From the NCBI GenBank assembly GCA_021371915.1, contig JAJFVG010000144.1, positions 28,328 to 92,327 of the forward strand: DNA of 64,000 nucleotides, read 5' to 3'. The notes under the pieces were generated by a model. The model did no database searches, was not told the origin of the DNA, and saw only the letters and a list, made by a program, of their open reading frames with translations. The DNA is from Nitrospiraceae bacterium (lineage in GTDB: Bacteria; Nitrospirota; Thermodesulfovibrionia; Thermodesulfovibrionales; Dissulfurispiraceae). Positions within the stretch are counted from its first letter, which is position 1. Each line of letters opens with the position of its first letter. Shown here piece by piece: positions 47,382 through 57,209 of the stretch. The position numbers and the translations under genes were made by a program.

Positions 47382-49311
47382 CCATAAGGAGCATTATGTC
47401 CTGAGGTTTTATTACTGTATCAGGCTCGGGGTTGTTTATTATCTCAGAACCGCGCTGTATCGAGAGTATGGTAGCGCCTGTTGCCGAGCGCAGGGCCAGC
47501 TGCTTTATGCTCTTGCCCGCAGCAAATGATTCATTTGACACATAGTATGTGGATGTCTGAATGCTCTTTAGGAACTTGCGGTGGTCAAACGTGTCGGATG
47601 AAGGAGCTTCAACTGCGCGGAACATGCCGTAGCTGTTCATCCTTATATTGGCAGCATGTTTTGATATCAGATTCACAGGCACATGGTATCTGTTGAGCAC
47701 AATCGAGAATATCTCTATTGATGTTTCAAACTCCTCTGGTATCACCTCATCAGCGCCGAGCGAGAGCAGGTCTTCAACTTCAGCCATATATTTTGTCCTG
47801 ACAACCGCATACAGGTTGGGGTTTTCGTGTTTTGCAATCTGAAGAGTTCTTCTTGTTGCCGCAGCATCCGATATCGCTATAACGAGCACCTTTGCAGAGT
47901 GAATTCCCATCTTGTGAAGTATCTCAACGCTGGTGCCGTCGCCGTAATATATGGGCTCGCCCTTTTCCCTGAACTTCCTTACTGTGGTTGGATTCATTTC
48001 GAGTATCACATAGGAGATATCTGAATTTTTGAGCACCTTTGCAAGGTTGCTGCCGTTTATCCCAAAACCGACTATGATCACATGATCGCTCTTTGAAGGT
48101 GGAAATTCCACATTGAGTGTTGATGTCTTTATGCTCTCAAGCCTTTTTAAGAGCGGCCTTGAAATCATCCAGCCAGAGAAGGCAGGAGCGGCCTTCACTA
48201 TAAATGGAGTCAGCAGCATGGTAAGAACAGAAGCGGATATGAACACCTGGTAGACAGGCTCTGACATAAGACCCGCGCTCTTGCCTGCAAGCGCGAGCAC
48301 GAATGAAAACTCTCCTATCTGGTTAAGATAAAGACCGCTCATTACTGAAACCCTCGGAGGTCTGCCTGCTGCCAATGATGCTGCAAATACGGTAAGGGTC
48401 TTTACGAACATTATAAGTACAACAACCAACAGTATCATTAAAAGATTCTCAGCAAAAAACCCCAGATCCATCAGCATGCCGATAGACACAAAGAATATGC
48501 CTGTAAAGCTTTCCTTGAACGGCAGTATGTCTGATATTGCCTGCAAAGAGTATTCTGACTCTGATATGATCACGCCTGCCAGGAACGCGCCGAGCGCAAG
48601 AGAAAGTCCGAGCTTTGAGGTGAGAAACGCCGTGCCGATGCAGAGCAGTATTATTGTTATTACAAAAAGCTCCCTGCTCCTTGAGCTGACAACGCTGTGC
48701 AGCATATGAGGCACAGCCCACATTGAAGCTATGAACACAGCGCCCAAAACAGCCAGGGCCTTTGCCATTGTCAGGACAATTTCCTGTGCGCTGCCTCCGT
48801 GGTCTGCAAGTATTGGCACAAGAAGCACAAACGGCACAACGCAGAGGTCCTGAAAGAGCAGTATGCCCACTGATATCCTGCCGTGCGGGGCATTGATCTC
48901 TGCCCTGTCCATAAGCATCTTCATTATTATTGCCGTGCTGCTGAGAGAGACCAGAAACCCGTTGAATATTGCCTGGTTCATGTTATAAGACATGAATGTT
49001 TTGCTGAAGAAGGCCACAACAAAGGTGGTGAGAATTATCTGGACAGAGCCGCCGCGGAAGACCGCCTTTTTCAGGGAGAGAAGTTTTTTTATGGAAAACT
49101 CCAGTCCTATTGTAAACATCAGCAGCACAACGCCTATCTCGGCAAGCAGCTCAACATTCTGGATATCGCTGATAAGCCTAAGCCCGTAAGGACCGACTAT
49201 TATGCCTGCTATCAGAAAGCCGACTATCGAAGGTATCCTGAACCTGCCGAGCAGAAAGACAACAAATGCCGATGCAGCCAAAAGCACGACAAGCGATTCG
49301 AGAAAGTGCAT
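47338..49311 (-). CDS. CPA2-family monovalent cation:proton antiporter with RCK (TrkA-N and TrkA-C) domains (KefB/KefC-like)
   Basis: About 12 TM helices with the Na_H_Exchanger pattern, then HVIIVGFGINGSNLA (Rossmann TrkA-N) and a C-terminal TrkA-C region. Confidence 0.85.
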   Translation of the reverse strand: MHFLESLVVLLAASAFVVFLLGRFRIPSIVGFLIAGIIVGPYGLRLISDIQNVELLAEIGVVLLMFTIGLEFSIKKLLSLKKAVFRGGSVQIILTTFVVAFFSKTFMSYNMNQAIFNGFLVSLSSTAIIMKMLMDRAEINAPHGRISVGILLFQDLCVVPFVLLVPILADHGGSAQEIVLTMAKALAVLGAVFIASMWAVPHMLHSVVSSRSRELFVITIILLCIGTAFLTSKLGLSLALGAFLAGVIISESEYSLQAISDILPFKESFTGIFFVSIGMLMDLGFFAENLLMILLVVVLIMFVKTLTVFAASLAAGRPPRVSVMSGLYLNQIGEFSFVLALAGKSAGLMSEPVYQVFISASVLTMLLTPFIVKAAPAFSGWMISRPLLKRLESIKTSTLNVEFPPSKSDHVIIVGFGINGSNLAKVLKNSDISYVILEMNPTTVRKFREKGEPIYYGDGTSVEILHKMGIHSAKVLVIAISDAAATRRTLQIAKHENPNLYAVVRTKYMAEVEDLLSLGADEVIPEEFETSIEIFSIVLNRYHVPVNLISKHAANIRMNSYGMFRAVEAPSSDTFDHRKFLKSIQTSTYYVSNESFAAGKSIKQLALRSATGATILSIQRGSEIINNPEPDTVIKPQDIMLLMGEKEHLDEAVCYLG

Positions 49312-49347
49312 CAGCCCTCCTGTTATATCTTCTGGAGCAGCAAGAAC

Positions 49348-50013
49348 CTAAGACGTTTTTTTATTGTTCTTGATATGCTCAATCGCAGTTTTTGCTGATT
49401 GCGCGATTAGCGGATCATTCGATGAAGCAAGATTCTCAAGCGGCATGAGCGCAGCAGGATCGCCGATCTGGCCGAGAGCCCTTATAACACTCACTCTGAT
49501 TGTGAAATTCCTGTCGTTCAACCTTGGTATAAGCACAGCCACAGCCTTTTTGTTTCCAATACTGCCCAGGGCGTCAATAATGGCTTCCCTAACCTGCATG
49601 TTGTCGTAGTTGATCTCCTGTATCAGTATATCCACCACCCTCTGCTCTTTCTTGAAATGCCCGAGGGCCCTTGCTGCTGATGAAAGAAGAGACGGACAGT
49701 CGAAATTTTGCAAAGGAGATGTCAGCATCTCCATAAGGGAGTCAATTGCCTTTGGATTGCCTATTGCGCCGAGATTGGACATGGCCCTCGTCTTGAAAGT
49801 CCAATGGTGGTCTCTGCTGTAAACTATCTCTATCAGTTTGTCCACTGCCCTGTCATTGCCGATCCTGCCTAGTTCGTCTATAGCAGCAATTTTTGCGGAT
49901 TCATCGCTGCTGTCCAGCGCTTTTTCAATGCTGCGCATATCCGCGCTGAAGGCCGGCAATGCAAGCAGCAGTACAACTGCTGCCGTTAAAAATATTCTTA
50001 ATACATGACGCAT
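49348..50013 (-). CDS. secreted HEAT-repeat (PBS-lyase-like) protein
   Basis: Signal peptide followed by repeated A..ALG.IG...AV..L units. Confidence 0.7.
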   Translation of the reverse strand: MRHVLRIFLTAAVVLLLALPAFSADMRSIEKALDSSDESAKIAAIDELGRIGNDRAVDKLIEIVYSRDHHWTFKTRAMSNLGAIGNPKAIDSLMEMLTSPLQNFDCPSLLSSAARALGHFKKEQRVVDILIQEINYDNMQVREAIIDALGSIGNKKAVAVLIPRLNDRNFTIRVSVIRALGQIGDPAALMPLENLASSNDPLIAQSAKTAIEHIKNNKKTS

Positions 50014-50058
50014 CTTTCAAAAACCTCCTGGCTTGTTTACTGTTATTCTAGTCCTTGA

Positions 50059-51285
50059 TTAAAATCTTGCACGCGGCCTCGAGATGCCTGCCTTCGGGAT
50101 GACCCTTATGCCGCTTACATCAATATGACATCTAAACTTGTCTTTTGTATCGTCATAGCCTATCTGTTCGTCAGCATCTATTACATTGAGTTTGTCCACT
50201 ATCACCCGGTTAAGCTTTGCGCCTTTTTTTATCACAACATCATCGAATATGATGCAGTCCTTAAGCACCACATTATCCTCTATCACAACGCCGCTTCTTA
50301 TCACACAGTTTTCTATTTTCGCCCTGCCTATCACGCACCCATTGGCTATGAGGCTGTTCTTGATATGCCCGTTCAGGATACGCGCAGGAGGCCCCTCTGA
50401 GCCTGAATGGCTCAAGGGCCAGACCCGGTTGTCGATATTGAACACGGGTTTCGGCCCGAGCATATCCATATGTGCGTCAAAGAATGCGGATATTGTACCC
50501 ACATCCCTCCAGTAGCTCTTCTCTTCATGATCATCAGCGCCCTGAATAATGTTGTTGCTGAAGTCATACGCAAAGACCTTGCCTGTCTTTACAAGGTCTG
50601 GTATTACATGGGAGCCGAAATCATGCTGCTTCTTCTTCTGCGCCTTTGCAAGGGCGTTTATCAGTGTTTCCTTGTTGAAAAGGTAGTTGCCCATTGAACA
50701 GTATGCTCTTGTGGGGTCTCCTGGAATATTGTCCGGATTCTTCGGCTTTTCCTGAAAGCCTGTTATCCTGCCCTGGCTGTCAGCAGATATAATGCCGAAT
50801 GAAGAGGCCTGCTCAATGGGCACAGGCCTTGCCGCAACAGTCACAAGTGCATCGTTCTCTACATGAAAATCTATCATCTGCTGTATATCCATCCGGTATA
50901 TGTGATCAGACCCGAAGATCAGCACAATATCAGGATTAAGCTCCTGGATTATGTTCACATTCTGGAATACTGCATCAGCAGTGCCCTGAAACCACTCAGG
51001 CCCCATCCTCATCTGAGGAGGAACAACAGCAACAAAATGATCTTTCAGCACTGATGAAAAGGACCAGTTCTGCCTGACATGCTCGATAAGTGATTGAGAC
51101 TTGTACTGCACAAGGAGATAAATGGAATATATGCCGGAATTAATAAGACTGCTGAGAACAAAATCCACTATGCGATACCTGCCGCCAAACGGCACTGAAG
51201 GCTTTGATCTGAACACAGTAAGCGGAAAGAGCCGTTCGCCTTTGCCGCCGGCAAGCACAAAAGCCACTACTTTTGGATGAGCCAT
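50059..51285 (-). CDS. glgC: glucose-1-phosphate adenylyltransferase
   Basis: AFVLAGGKGERLFPLT, FQGTADAV and a C-terminal left-handed beta-helix. GGAGG RBS. Confidence 0.95.
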   Translation of the reverse strand: MAHPKVVAFVLAGGKGERLFPLTVFRSKPSVPFGGRYRIVDFVLSSLINSGIYSIYLLVQYKSQSLIEHVRQNWSFSSVLKDHFVAVVPPQMRMGPEWFQGTADAVFQNVNIIQELNPDIVLIFGSDHIYRMDIQQMIDFHVENDALVTVAARPVPIEQASSFGIISADSQGRITGFQEKPKNPDNIPGDPTRAYCSMGNYLFNKETLINALAKAQKKKQHDFGSHVIPDLVKTGKVFAYDFSNNIIQGADDHEEKSYWRDVGTISAFFDAHMDMLGPKPVFNIDNRVWPLSHSGSEGPPARILNGHIKNSLIANGCVIGRAKIENCVIRSGVVIEDNVVLKDCIIFDDVVIKKGAKLNRVIVDKLNVIDADEQIGYDDTKDKFRCHIDVSGIRVIPKAGISRPRARF

Positions 51286-51429
51286 TGATCCTCCAAAGCT
51301 TCTAAAATAGCAGGCGTTTACACTACATTTTAATGCATATCAGCATATTTTTTCAGCTGTTGCAGCAGGATTAAATATAAAATACTTATCGTCAAACAGT
51401 CGTTATTTCTGCACCGGTTATCCTGTCAT

Positions 51430-51458
51430 TTCACATCACTGTTGTTTTCAGATATAAT
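51430..51458 (+). promoter_or_regulatory. candidate sigma70 promoter placed for a leaderless slp transcript
   Basis: TTCACA (51430-51435), a 17 nt spacer, then TATAAT (51453-51458). Only 6 nt (ttagat) separate it from the ATG at 51465, with no SD. Confidence 0.45.
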
Positions 51459-51464
51459 TTAGAT

Positions 51465-51953
51465 ATGAAAAAAGCGATTATATGCATAATCATACTGCTC
51501 GTTGCAGGGTGCGCTCATGTTATATCAAAAGAAGTGCTCACATCAGCAGGGCCGCAGCCCCCGTCAGAAAAACTCTTCGCAAACCCTGATATATTCAAAG
51601 GCAAAACAGTAATTGTCGGCGGCGTGATCGCTTCCAGCAAAAACACTGCTGACGGCACCTATATAGAAGTTGTCAGCAAACCGCTCTCATCAACTGGCAG
51701 ACCGCAGAAGACCGACACTTCATACGGCAGGTTCATCATCCGTTACACCGGATTCCTTGAAACATCTGTTTATGCAAAGGACAGGGAGATAACTGTCGCC
51801 GGCATTGTGAATGGAACAAAAACAGAAAAACTCGGAGAGATTGATTACAGGTACCTCTTAATTACAGCCCGGGAGATATACCTTTTTGAAAAGGATTCAG
51901 GCAGCTACTATCCGCCTGTGCAGTTTGGAATAGGCATATTCAAAGGATTCTAA
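51465..51953 (+). CDS. slp: Slp-family outer membrane lipoprotein
   Basis: Lipobox LVAGC. The core matches Slp family proteins (GKTVIVGGVIASSKN...GRFIIRYTGFLE...YAKDREITVAG). Confidence 0.8.
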   Translation: MKKAIICIIILLVAGCAHVISKEVLTSAGPQPPSEKLFANPDIFKGKTVIVGGVIASSKNTADGTYIEVVSKPLSSTGRPQKTDTSYGRFIIRYTGFLETSVYAKDREITVAGIVNGTKTEKLGEIDYRYLLITAREIYLFEKDSGSYYPPVQFGIGIFKGF

Positions 51954-51963
51954 AACAAAACCA

Positions 51964-52004
51964 GGAAGGAGGCGGCCCGCTGAAGCGGGCCGCCTCCTTC
52001 TTTT
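51964..52004. terminator. bidirectional rho-independent terminator between slp and the DUF4197 gene
   Basis: GGAAGGAGGCGGCCCGC-TGAA-GCGGGCCGCCTCCTTCC-type 17-bp stem, followed by TTTT on the plus strand and lying between convergent genes. Confidence 0.8.
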
Positions 52005-52022
52005 ATCGCAAAACCTTCCTGT

Positions 52023-52754
52023 TTATTTGTTGCCGAATACTTTTTTGAGCAGATCAGTCGCGCGCGCAGCAGGGTCTGTCCTTATCTTCTTCTCTTCCTG
52101 CGCGATCATGTAGAACAACCCGTCAAGGGACTTGTTCGTAACATAATGGTCGAGGTCCATGGACTCCTTGCTCATAAATGGAATGGACTCGTATTTTGAC
52201 ATCATCTCTTTGTAAGCCCTCGTAGTGCCGACCTTGTTCATGCTGTCTGAAACCGCTGGTTTGAATGCGGTGTAGAGCTTGTCGTGGGTCTTTTCCTTAA
52301 AGAAGCTGGTAGCTGCATTATCTCCGCCGTTGAGTATCTTACGCGCATCCTCTATGCTCATCTGCTTGATCGCATCCACAAATATGGACTTTGCAGCAGG
52401 CGCGGCATTTTCAGCAGCCCTGTTCATGCTGAGCACAAATTCATCCACCTGCTTCTGGTATCCTACCTTTCTCATCACATCAGCAATCTTCTGTATCTTG
52501 TCAGGCATCAATATCTTTATGGCCTGATTGCCGAAATATCCGTCCGTTACCGAGACACTGGAGACTGCCTTCTGCGTTCCTACTGACAGGGCCTCTTTAA
52601 GGCCTGATGCTATTGTGCTTTCATCCTGCTGAGTGCCTGAGGACTGGCCTATGCCTGTGCCCTTGAGCAGGTTGTCAAGAAATGCAGCCTCAGCAGCCAC
52701 TGATACACAGATCGCAATGGAGACAATAAGAACAACCACCGTCCTGATCGTCAT
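52023..52754 (-). CDS. secreted DUF4197 family protein
   Basis: Signal peptide, then [17 protein letters not shown]...[32 protein letters not shown]...[16 protein letters not shown], which matches the DUF4197 pattern. Confidence 0.75.
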   Translation of the reverse strand: MTIRTVVVLIVSIAICVSVAAEAAFLDNLLKGTGIGQSSGTQQDESTIASGLKEALSVGTQKAVSSVSVTDGYFGNQAIKILMPDKIQKIADVMRKVGYQKQVDEFVLSMNRAAENAAPAAKSIFVDAIKQMSIEDARKILNGGDNAATSFFKEKTHDKLYTAFKPAVSDSMNKVGTTRAYKEMMSKYESIPFMSKESMDLDHYVTNKSLDGLFYMIAQEEKKIRTDPAARATDLLKKVFGNK

Positions 52755-52766
52755 GACACCCTCCTG

Positions 52767-53219
52767 TTACTTCTGGAGATCAGAAGTGCAGTGTCCGCAT
52801 TTGGCAGCTGCTATCGGGATAACAGAAAGACAAAACGGGCACTCTTTTGTTGTGGGAACAGCCGGTGCAGCCGGCTCCTGTTTCTTTAATCTGTTGACAT
52901 TTTTAATGAGTATGAATATCGCAAAAGCGACTATGACGAAGTTTATTACCGCGTTAATGAATATGCCGACATTGAGGCTCACCGCGCCAGCTGCCTTTGC
53001 GGCAACGAGGGTTTCATACGGGCCCGGCACCTTGCCGTCTTTGAGCACGATGAATATATTCGAGAAATCCACATTGCCAAGCAGCAAGCCTATAGGCGGC
53101 ATCAGCACATCAGCCACTGCCGAGTTGACGATTGTTGAGAATGCAGCGCCGATGATAATACCGACAGCCATATCGAGCACATTGCCCTTCATCGCAAATT
53201 CCTTGAACTCTTTAAGCAT
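52767..53219 (-). CDS. mscL: large-conductance mechanosensitive channel MscL with a C-terminal CxxC...CxxC zinc-ribbon tail
   Basis: [27 protein letters not shown] is the canonical MscL N-terminus. The tail is [19 protein letters not shown]. The track start at 53267 is probably too far upstream. Confidence 0.9.
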   Translation of the reverse strand: MLKEFKEFAMKGNVLDMAVGIIIGAAFSTIVNSAVADVLMPPIGLLLGNVDFSNIFIVLKDGKVPGPYETLVAAKAAGAVSLNVGIFINAVINFVIVAFAIFILIKNVNRLKKQEPAAPAVPTTKECPFCLSVIPIAAAKCGHCTSDLQK

Positions 53220-53287
53220 CCCATCCCTCCTGACACAAGCCTCCGGTTTTGATGTGCGATACTGCAAAGCAGTACCCTGAAATCATA

Positions 53288-54541
53288 TTAATGCGCTCTG
53301 CTGACAATGGCGCCGATTTTTTTGAGCTTGTCCTCCATCTTTTCATAGCCCCTGTCAAGATGATATATCCTGTGCAGCACGCTCTCGCCCTCTGCGCATA
53401 GCGCGGCCACAACCAGAGATGCCGAGGCCCTCAGGTCAGTTGCCATTACAGGAGCTCCCTTCAGCGTCTTTGCTCCGCGCACAGTCGCCATGCCACCTTC
53501 TATGCTTATGTTTGCTCCCATCCTGCGAAGCTCTGCCACATGCATAAACCTGTTTTCAAAAACAGTCTCGGATATAACACTTGTGCCATCAGCCCTGGCC
53601 ATCAGCGCCATGAACTGGGCCTGCATATCAGTAGGAAAGCCTGGATACGGCATTGTCTTTATGTCGCAGGCCTTCAGCTTCTCAGGGCCCTTCACCCTCA
53701 TGCCTGCTTCCTCTTTTTCAAAGATGATGCCGGCGTCCATGAACTTCATTATCACTGCATCGAGGTGCTTTGCTGAAAAGTTTTTTATCAGCAGGTCTCC
53801 TCCTGTTGCACCTGCTATTGCCATGAAGGTGCCGGCCTCTATCCTGTCTGCGATCACCGAGTGCTCCACAATGGGGTTCAGCTCAGCCACTCCTTCAATC
53901 TCTATTATGCTGCTGCCTGCGCCGTTTATCCTTGCGCCCATTTTTACGAGACATTCGGCCAGATCGACAACCTCCGGTTCGCGCGCTGCATTTTCAAGCA
54001 CTGTCGTTCCTTTCGCGAGTGCTGCTGCCATCATCAGGTTTTCAGTGCCGGTAACCGTAGGGATATCGAAATAAATGGATGCGCCTTTCAGCATGTCAGC
54101 CTCTGCAAGCACATATCCTGACTGAAGCTCTATCCTTGCTCCCATCTTTTCAAGTCCGCTAAGATGCATGTTTATCGGTCTTGCGCCTATTGCACATCCT
54201 CCTGGCAAAGAGACCTTTGCGCGGCCGTATCTGGCAACCAGCGGTCCGAGCACAAGCACTGAAGCGCGCATTGTCTTGACCAGATCGTAAGGCGCTTCAA
54301 AATTATTCATCACTGAAGTGTCGATAACAGCTGATCCGTTTTCAGACGAGGCTGCTGCGCCCATATTGCATAGCAGCTTCATCATTGTGGAGATGTCTTT
54401 CAGCTCAGGCACTCTGCGCACAATGCTTTTGCCTGATGCCAGAATCGCGGCTGTTATGATCGGCAAAGACGCATTTTTTGCTCCGCTTATCTCGACTTCG
54501 CCCCTCAGAGGCCCGTTTCCGGTAATTATCAGCTTGTCCAT
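53288..54541 (-). CDS. murA: UDP-N-acetylglucosamine 1-carboxyvinyltransferase
   Basis: [15 protein letters not shown] and the catalytic Cys loop [12 protein letters not shown]. 417 aa. Confidence 0.95.
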   Translation of the reverse strand: MDKLIITGNGPLRGEVEISGAKNASLPIITAAILASGKSIVRRVPELKDISTMMKLLCNMGAAASSENGSAVIDTSVMNNFEAPYDLVKTMRASVLVLGPLVARYGRAKVSLPGGCAIGARPINMHLSGLEKMGARIELQSGYVLAEADMLKGASIYFDIPTVTGTENLMMAAALAKGTTVLENAAREPEVVDLAECLVKMGARINGAGSSIIEIEGVAELNPIVEHSVIADRIEAGTFMAIAGATGGDLLIKNFSAKHLDAVIMKFMDAGIIFEKEEAGMRVKGPEKLKACDIKTMPYPGFPTDMQAQFMALMARADGTSVISETVFENRFMHVAELRRMGANISIEGGMATVRGAKTLKGAPVMATDLRASASLVVAALCAEGESVLHRIYHLDRGYEKMEDKLKKIGAIVSRAH

Positions 54542-54571
54542 GGATCATATCTTAACACATATCAGAAAATG

Positions 54572-54577
54572 TATAAT
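54572..54577 (+). promoter_or_regulatory. TATAAT -10 box 9 nt upstream of the relA/spoT ATG
   Basis: tgTATAATtaggcatatATG. No SD is present. The expected TSS falls 0-3 nt before the ATG. Confidence 0.35.
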
Positions 54578-54586
54578 TAGGCATAT

Positions 54587-56701
54587 ATGGTTACGCTGAA
54601 CAAACTTTTGGCGAAGATCAAATCCAATACACCCAATGCAGACCTTGATGTTATAAGAAGGGCCTACGTCTTATCGCGCGACGCTCATTGCAGCCAGAAA
54701 AGGGCTGAGGGGTCAGCATATTTTCTCCATCCAATAGCTGTTGCCGACACCCTTGCCGACTTGAAGCTCGATCCCGCAGCCATTGCAGCCGGACTGCTGC
54801 ATGACACAATCGAGGACACGGGCATCTCGATAGAAGACGTCAAGACCATGTTCGGCAAAGAGGTAGCCTTTTTGGTGGACGCTGTCACTAAACTCAGCAA
54901 GGTGGAGTTCAAGACAAGGGAAGATGCTCAGGCAGAAAACTTCAGGAAAATGCTTCTTGCAATGTCAAAGGATGTGCGTGTCATCCTGATAAAGTTCGCT
55001 GACAGACTGCATAACATGCGCACCATATCCCACCTGCCGCCGCAGAAACAGCGGAGGATCGCAAACGAGACACTCGAGATATACGCACCGCTTGCAAACA
55101 GACTGGGAATAGGATTTCTCCGCACTGAATTCGAAGACCTCTGCTTCAAGACCCTCATGCCGGATCTTTATGAAGACCTGAAAAACAAGGTCGCGTTGCA
55201 CACAAAGGAACAGACCAGGTACATTAAAGAGATAGAAGGCATCATGACCTCAAAGCTCGAGTTGGCCGGCATCCCTGGAAAGATCAAGGGCAGGGTCAAA
55301 CATATCTACGGCATCTATCAAAAGATGATAAAGCAGAAGATTCCCTTTGAGCAGGTGCATGATGTAATCGGCTTCAGAATAATAACCGACACGGTCGGAC
55401 ACTGCTACGACATACTCGGCATACTGCATTCGCTCTGGCCCCTTGTGCCCGGCAGGTTCAAGGACTTCATCAGCCTGCCCAAGTCAAACCTCTACCAGTC
55501 GCTTCACACCACAGTTGCAGGTCCCGGCGGCAGCCGCATCGAGTTTCAGATAAGAACTGAAGACATGGATGAAATAGCTGAAGAGGGCATTGCTGCGCAC
55601 TGGAGATACAAGGACAAGAGCGCTGGAGCCGGAAAGAACGAGCGTTTTGTCACTTGGCTGAGGGACCTGGTAAAGGAAATTTCAGATGCCAAGGAATTTC
55701 TCGAAGCTGTCAAGGGTGAGGTCATACCCGATACTGTTTATGTCTTCACACCAAAAGGCGATATACAGGAACTGCCGATGGATTCCACGCCAGTTGATTT
55801 TGCATACAGCATACACACACAGGTAGGTCACAAGTGCGTAGGCGCAAAAGTTAACGGCAGAATTGTGCCGCTGAGATACAAGCTTGTGAGCGGAGATTCG
55901 GTTGAGATAATAACCTCTCCTTCGCACAACCCGAGCAAGGACTGGCTCAAGTTTGTTGTGACCCAGCGCGCCAAGAGCAGGATCAAGCAATGGATAAAGA
56001 CCGAGGAACGCGCAAAGAGCATAGAGCTCGGCCAGAAACTTACTGAAGATGAAGTCAGACGCAACAGCCTTAGCCTCTCGGTACTGAAGTCCGAAAAGAT
56101 GAATGAAGTGCTCAAGGCGTTCAGCCATCCGACGCTTGAAGATTTATATGTGTCTGTCGGCTACGGCAAGATATCCCCGCGCCAGATCATAAACAAACTC
56201 GCACCGGAAAAAGCAGAGGAGCGTCCAGAGACGCCGAAGAGACCGTCGGAACGCAAAGACAAACAGAGCGTCATAACGATAAAAGGCATCGACAACATCC
56301 TTTACCATGTGGCCAAATGCTGCTTCCCTGTGCCCGGCGACAACATCATAGGCTTCATCACAAAAGGCAAAGGAGTGACGATACACAGGAAGGACTGCTC
56401 CAATCTCGAACGGCTGGCAATAGACAACGCAAGACTGATCGAAGTGAACTGGAACCAGAGCGCAGACCTCGCATCAGCAGCAAAACTCTATGTGGAAGCG
56501 CACGACAAGCCCGGCATTATCGCTAACCTAAGCGCGCTCATATCCACAGCGGATGTGAATATAACTTTTCTGAAAGCGCATTCAACGCATGACAAGCGCG
56601 CTCTCCTCGAACTGACTCTCGAGATAAAAAACAGGACTCAGCTGAACAACCTCGTGAACAAAATTTCGCAGATGGACGGCGTGTTGAATGTGAGAAGATA
56701 A
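54587..56701 (+). CDS. relA: bifunctional (p)ppGpp synthetase/hydrolase (RSH; RelA/SpoT)
   Basis: HD hydrolase motifs (HPIAVA, LHDTIEDT), synthetase domain (YQSLHTTV, EFQIRTEDMD), and TGS and ACT domains. 704 aa. Confidence 0.95.
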   Translation: MVTLNKLLAKIKSNTPNADLDVIRRAYVLSRDAHCSQKRAEGSAYFLHPIAVADTLADLKLDPAAIAAGLLHDTIEDTGISIEDVKTMFGKEVAFLVDAVTKLSKVEFKTREDAQAENFRKMLLAMSKDVRVILIKFADRLHNMRTISHLPPQKQRRIANETLEIYAPLANRLGIGFLRTEFEDLCFKTLMPDLYEDLKNKVALHTKEQTRYIKEIEGIMTSKLELAGIPGKIKGRVKHIYGIYQKMIKQKIPFEQVHDVIGFRIITDTVGHCYDILGILHSLWPLVPGRFKDFISLPKSNLYQSLHTTVAGPGGSRIEFQIRTEDMDEIAEEGIAAHWRYKDKSAGAGKNERFVTWLRDLVKEISDAKEFLEAVKGEVIPDTVYVFTPKGDIQELPMDSTPVDFAYSIHTQVGHKCVGAKVNGRIVPLRYKLVSGDSVEIITSPSHNPSKDWLKFVVTQRAKSRIKQWIKTEERAKSIELGQKLTEDEVRRNSLSLSVLKSEKMNEVLKAFSHPTLEDLYVSVGYGKISPRQIINKLAPEKAEERPETPKRPSERKDKQSVITIKGIDNILYHVAKCCFPVPGDNIIGFITKGKGVTIHRKDCSNLERLAIDNARLIEVNWNQSADLASAAKLYVEAHDKPGIIANLSALISTADVNITFLKAHSTHDKRALLELTLEIKNRTQLNNLVNKISQMDGVLNVRR

Positions 56702-56791
56702 ATTCGCAAATCATTTTTTTGTTGCAGTTTAATTTATTTCAATGTATTATTTTAATTAATTGTATTGCAATTCAAAACACGGAGGGTGAAT

Positions 56792-57073
56792 ATGGCAACA
56801 GCAGCAAAGAAACCCGCAGCAAAGAAAACAGCAGCAAAGAAAACAGTGAAGAAGGCTGCTCCGAAGAAAGCCGCTGCAAAGAAACCTGCCGCAAAGAAAG
56901 CAGTAAAGAAGGCTGCCCCGAAGAAAGCCGCTGCAAAGAAACCTGCCGCAAAGAAAACAGTAAAGAAGGCTGCTCCGAAGAAAGCCGCTGCAAAGAAAGT
57001 AGTAAAAAAGGCTGCTCCGAAGAAAGCCGCTGCAAAGAAGCCGGCTGCAAAGAAAACAGCAGCAAAGAAATAA
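56792..57073 (+). CDS. histone H1-like Lys/Ala-repeat nucleoid protein
   Basis: GGAGGG lies 6 nt before the ATG. The 93-aa product is entirely AKK/PKK repeats (VKKAAPKKAAAKKPAAKK units). A terminator follows. Confidence 0.75.
   Translation: MATAAKKPAAKKTAAKKTVKKAAPKKAAAKKPAAKKAVKKAAPKKAAAKKPAAKKTVKKAAPKKAAAKKVVKKAAPKKAAAKKPAAKKTAAKK
56846..57058 (+). repeat. 57-nt tandem DNA repeat (about 3.7 copies) inside the H1-like gene
   Basis: Units start at 56846, 56903, 56960 (truncated) and 57002. They are nearly identical at the nucleotide level (gt[ga]aagaaggctgc[tc]ccgaagaaagccgctgcaaagaaacctgccgcaaagaaa...). Confidence 0.8.
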
Positions 57074-57096
57074 ACATTTAGTCGTAGTATCGTGCC

Positions 57097-57133
57097 AGGC
57101 CCTGTAGCCCCAAACGCAACAGGGCCTTTTTAT
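57097..57133 (+). terminator. rho-independent terminator of the H1-like gene
   Basis: AGGCCCTGT-N13-ACAGGGCCT followed by TTTTTATT. Confidence 0.75.
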
Positions 57134-57209
57134 TGTTCCGATGATCGCCGCCCTTCTCAAACCCAGTCCTGTACTTGCGTACAGCATAGACAGAGTGGTA
57201 TTCTAGACA

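Noticed and set aside
56719-57187. Four overlapping ORFs across the Lys/Ala repeat (56719-57081 +, 56765-57073 +, 56756-57187 -, 56772-57077 -), and the possibility that the 57-nt repeats are a CRISPR array or a mini-satellite.
   Set aside because: Only the AKK frame has a strong SD (GGAGGG) with an ATG at 56792 and a terminator after its stop. The repeats are contiguous with no unique spacers, so this is not a CRISPR array. The other frames are open only because of the repeat composition.
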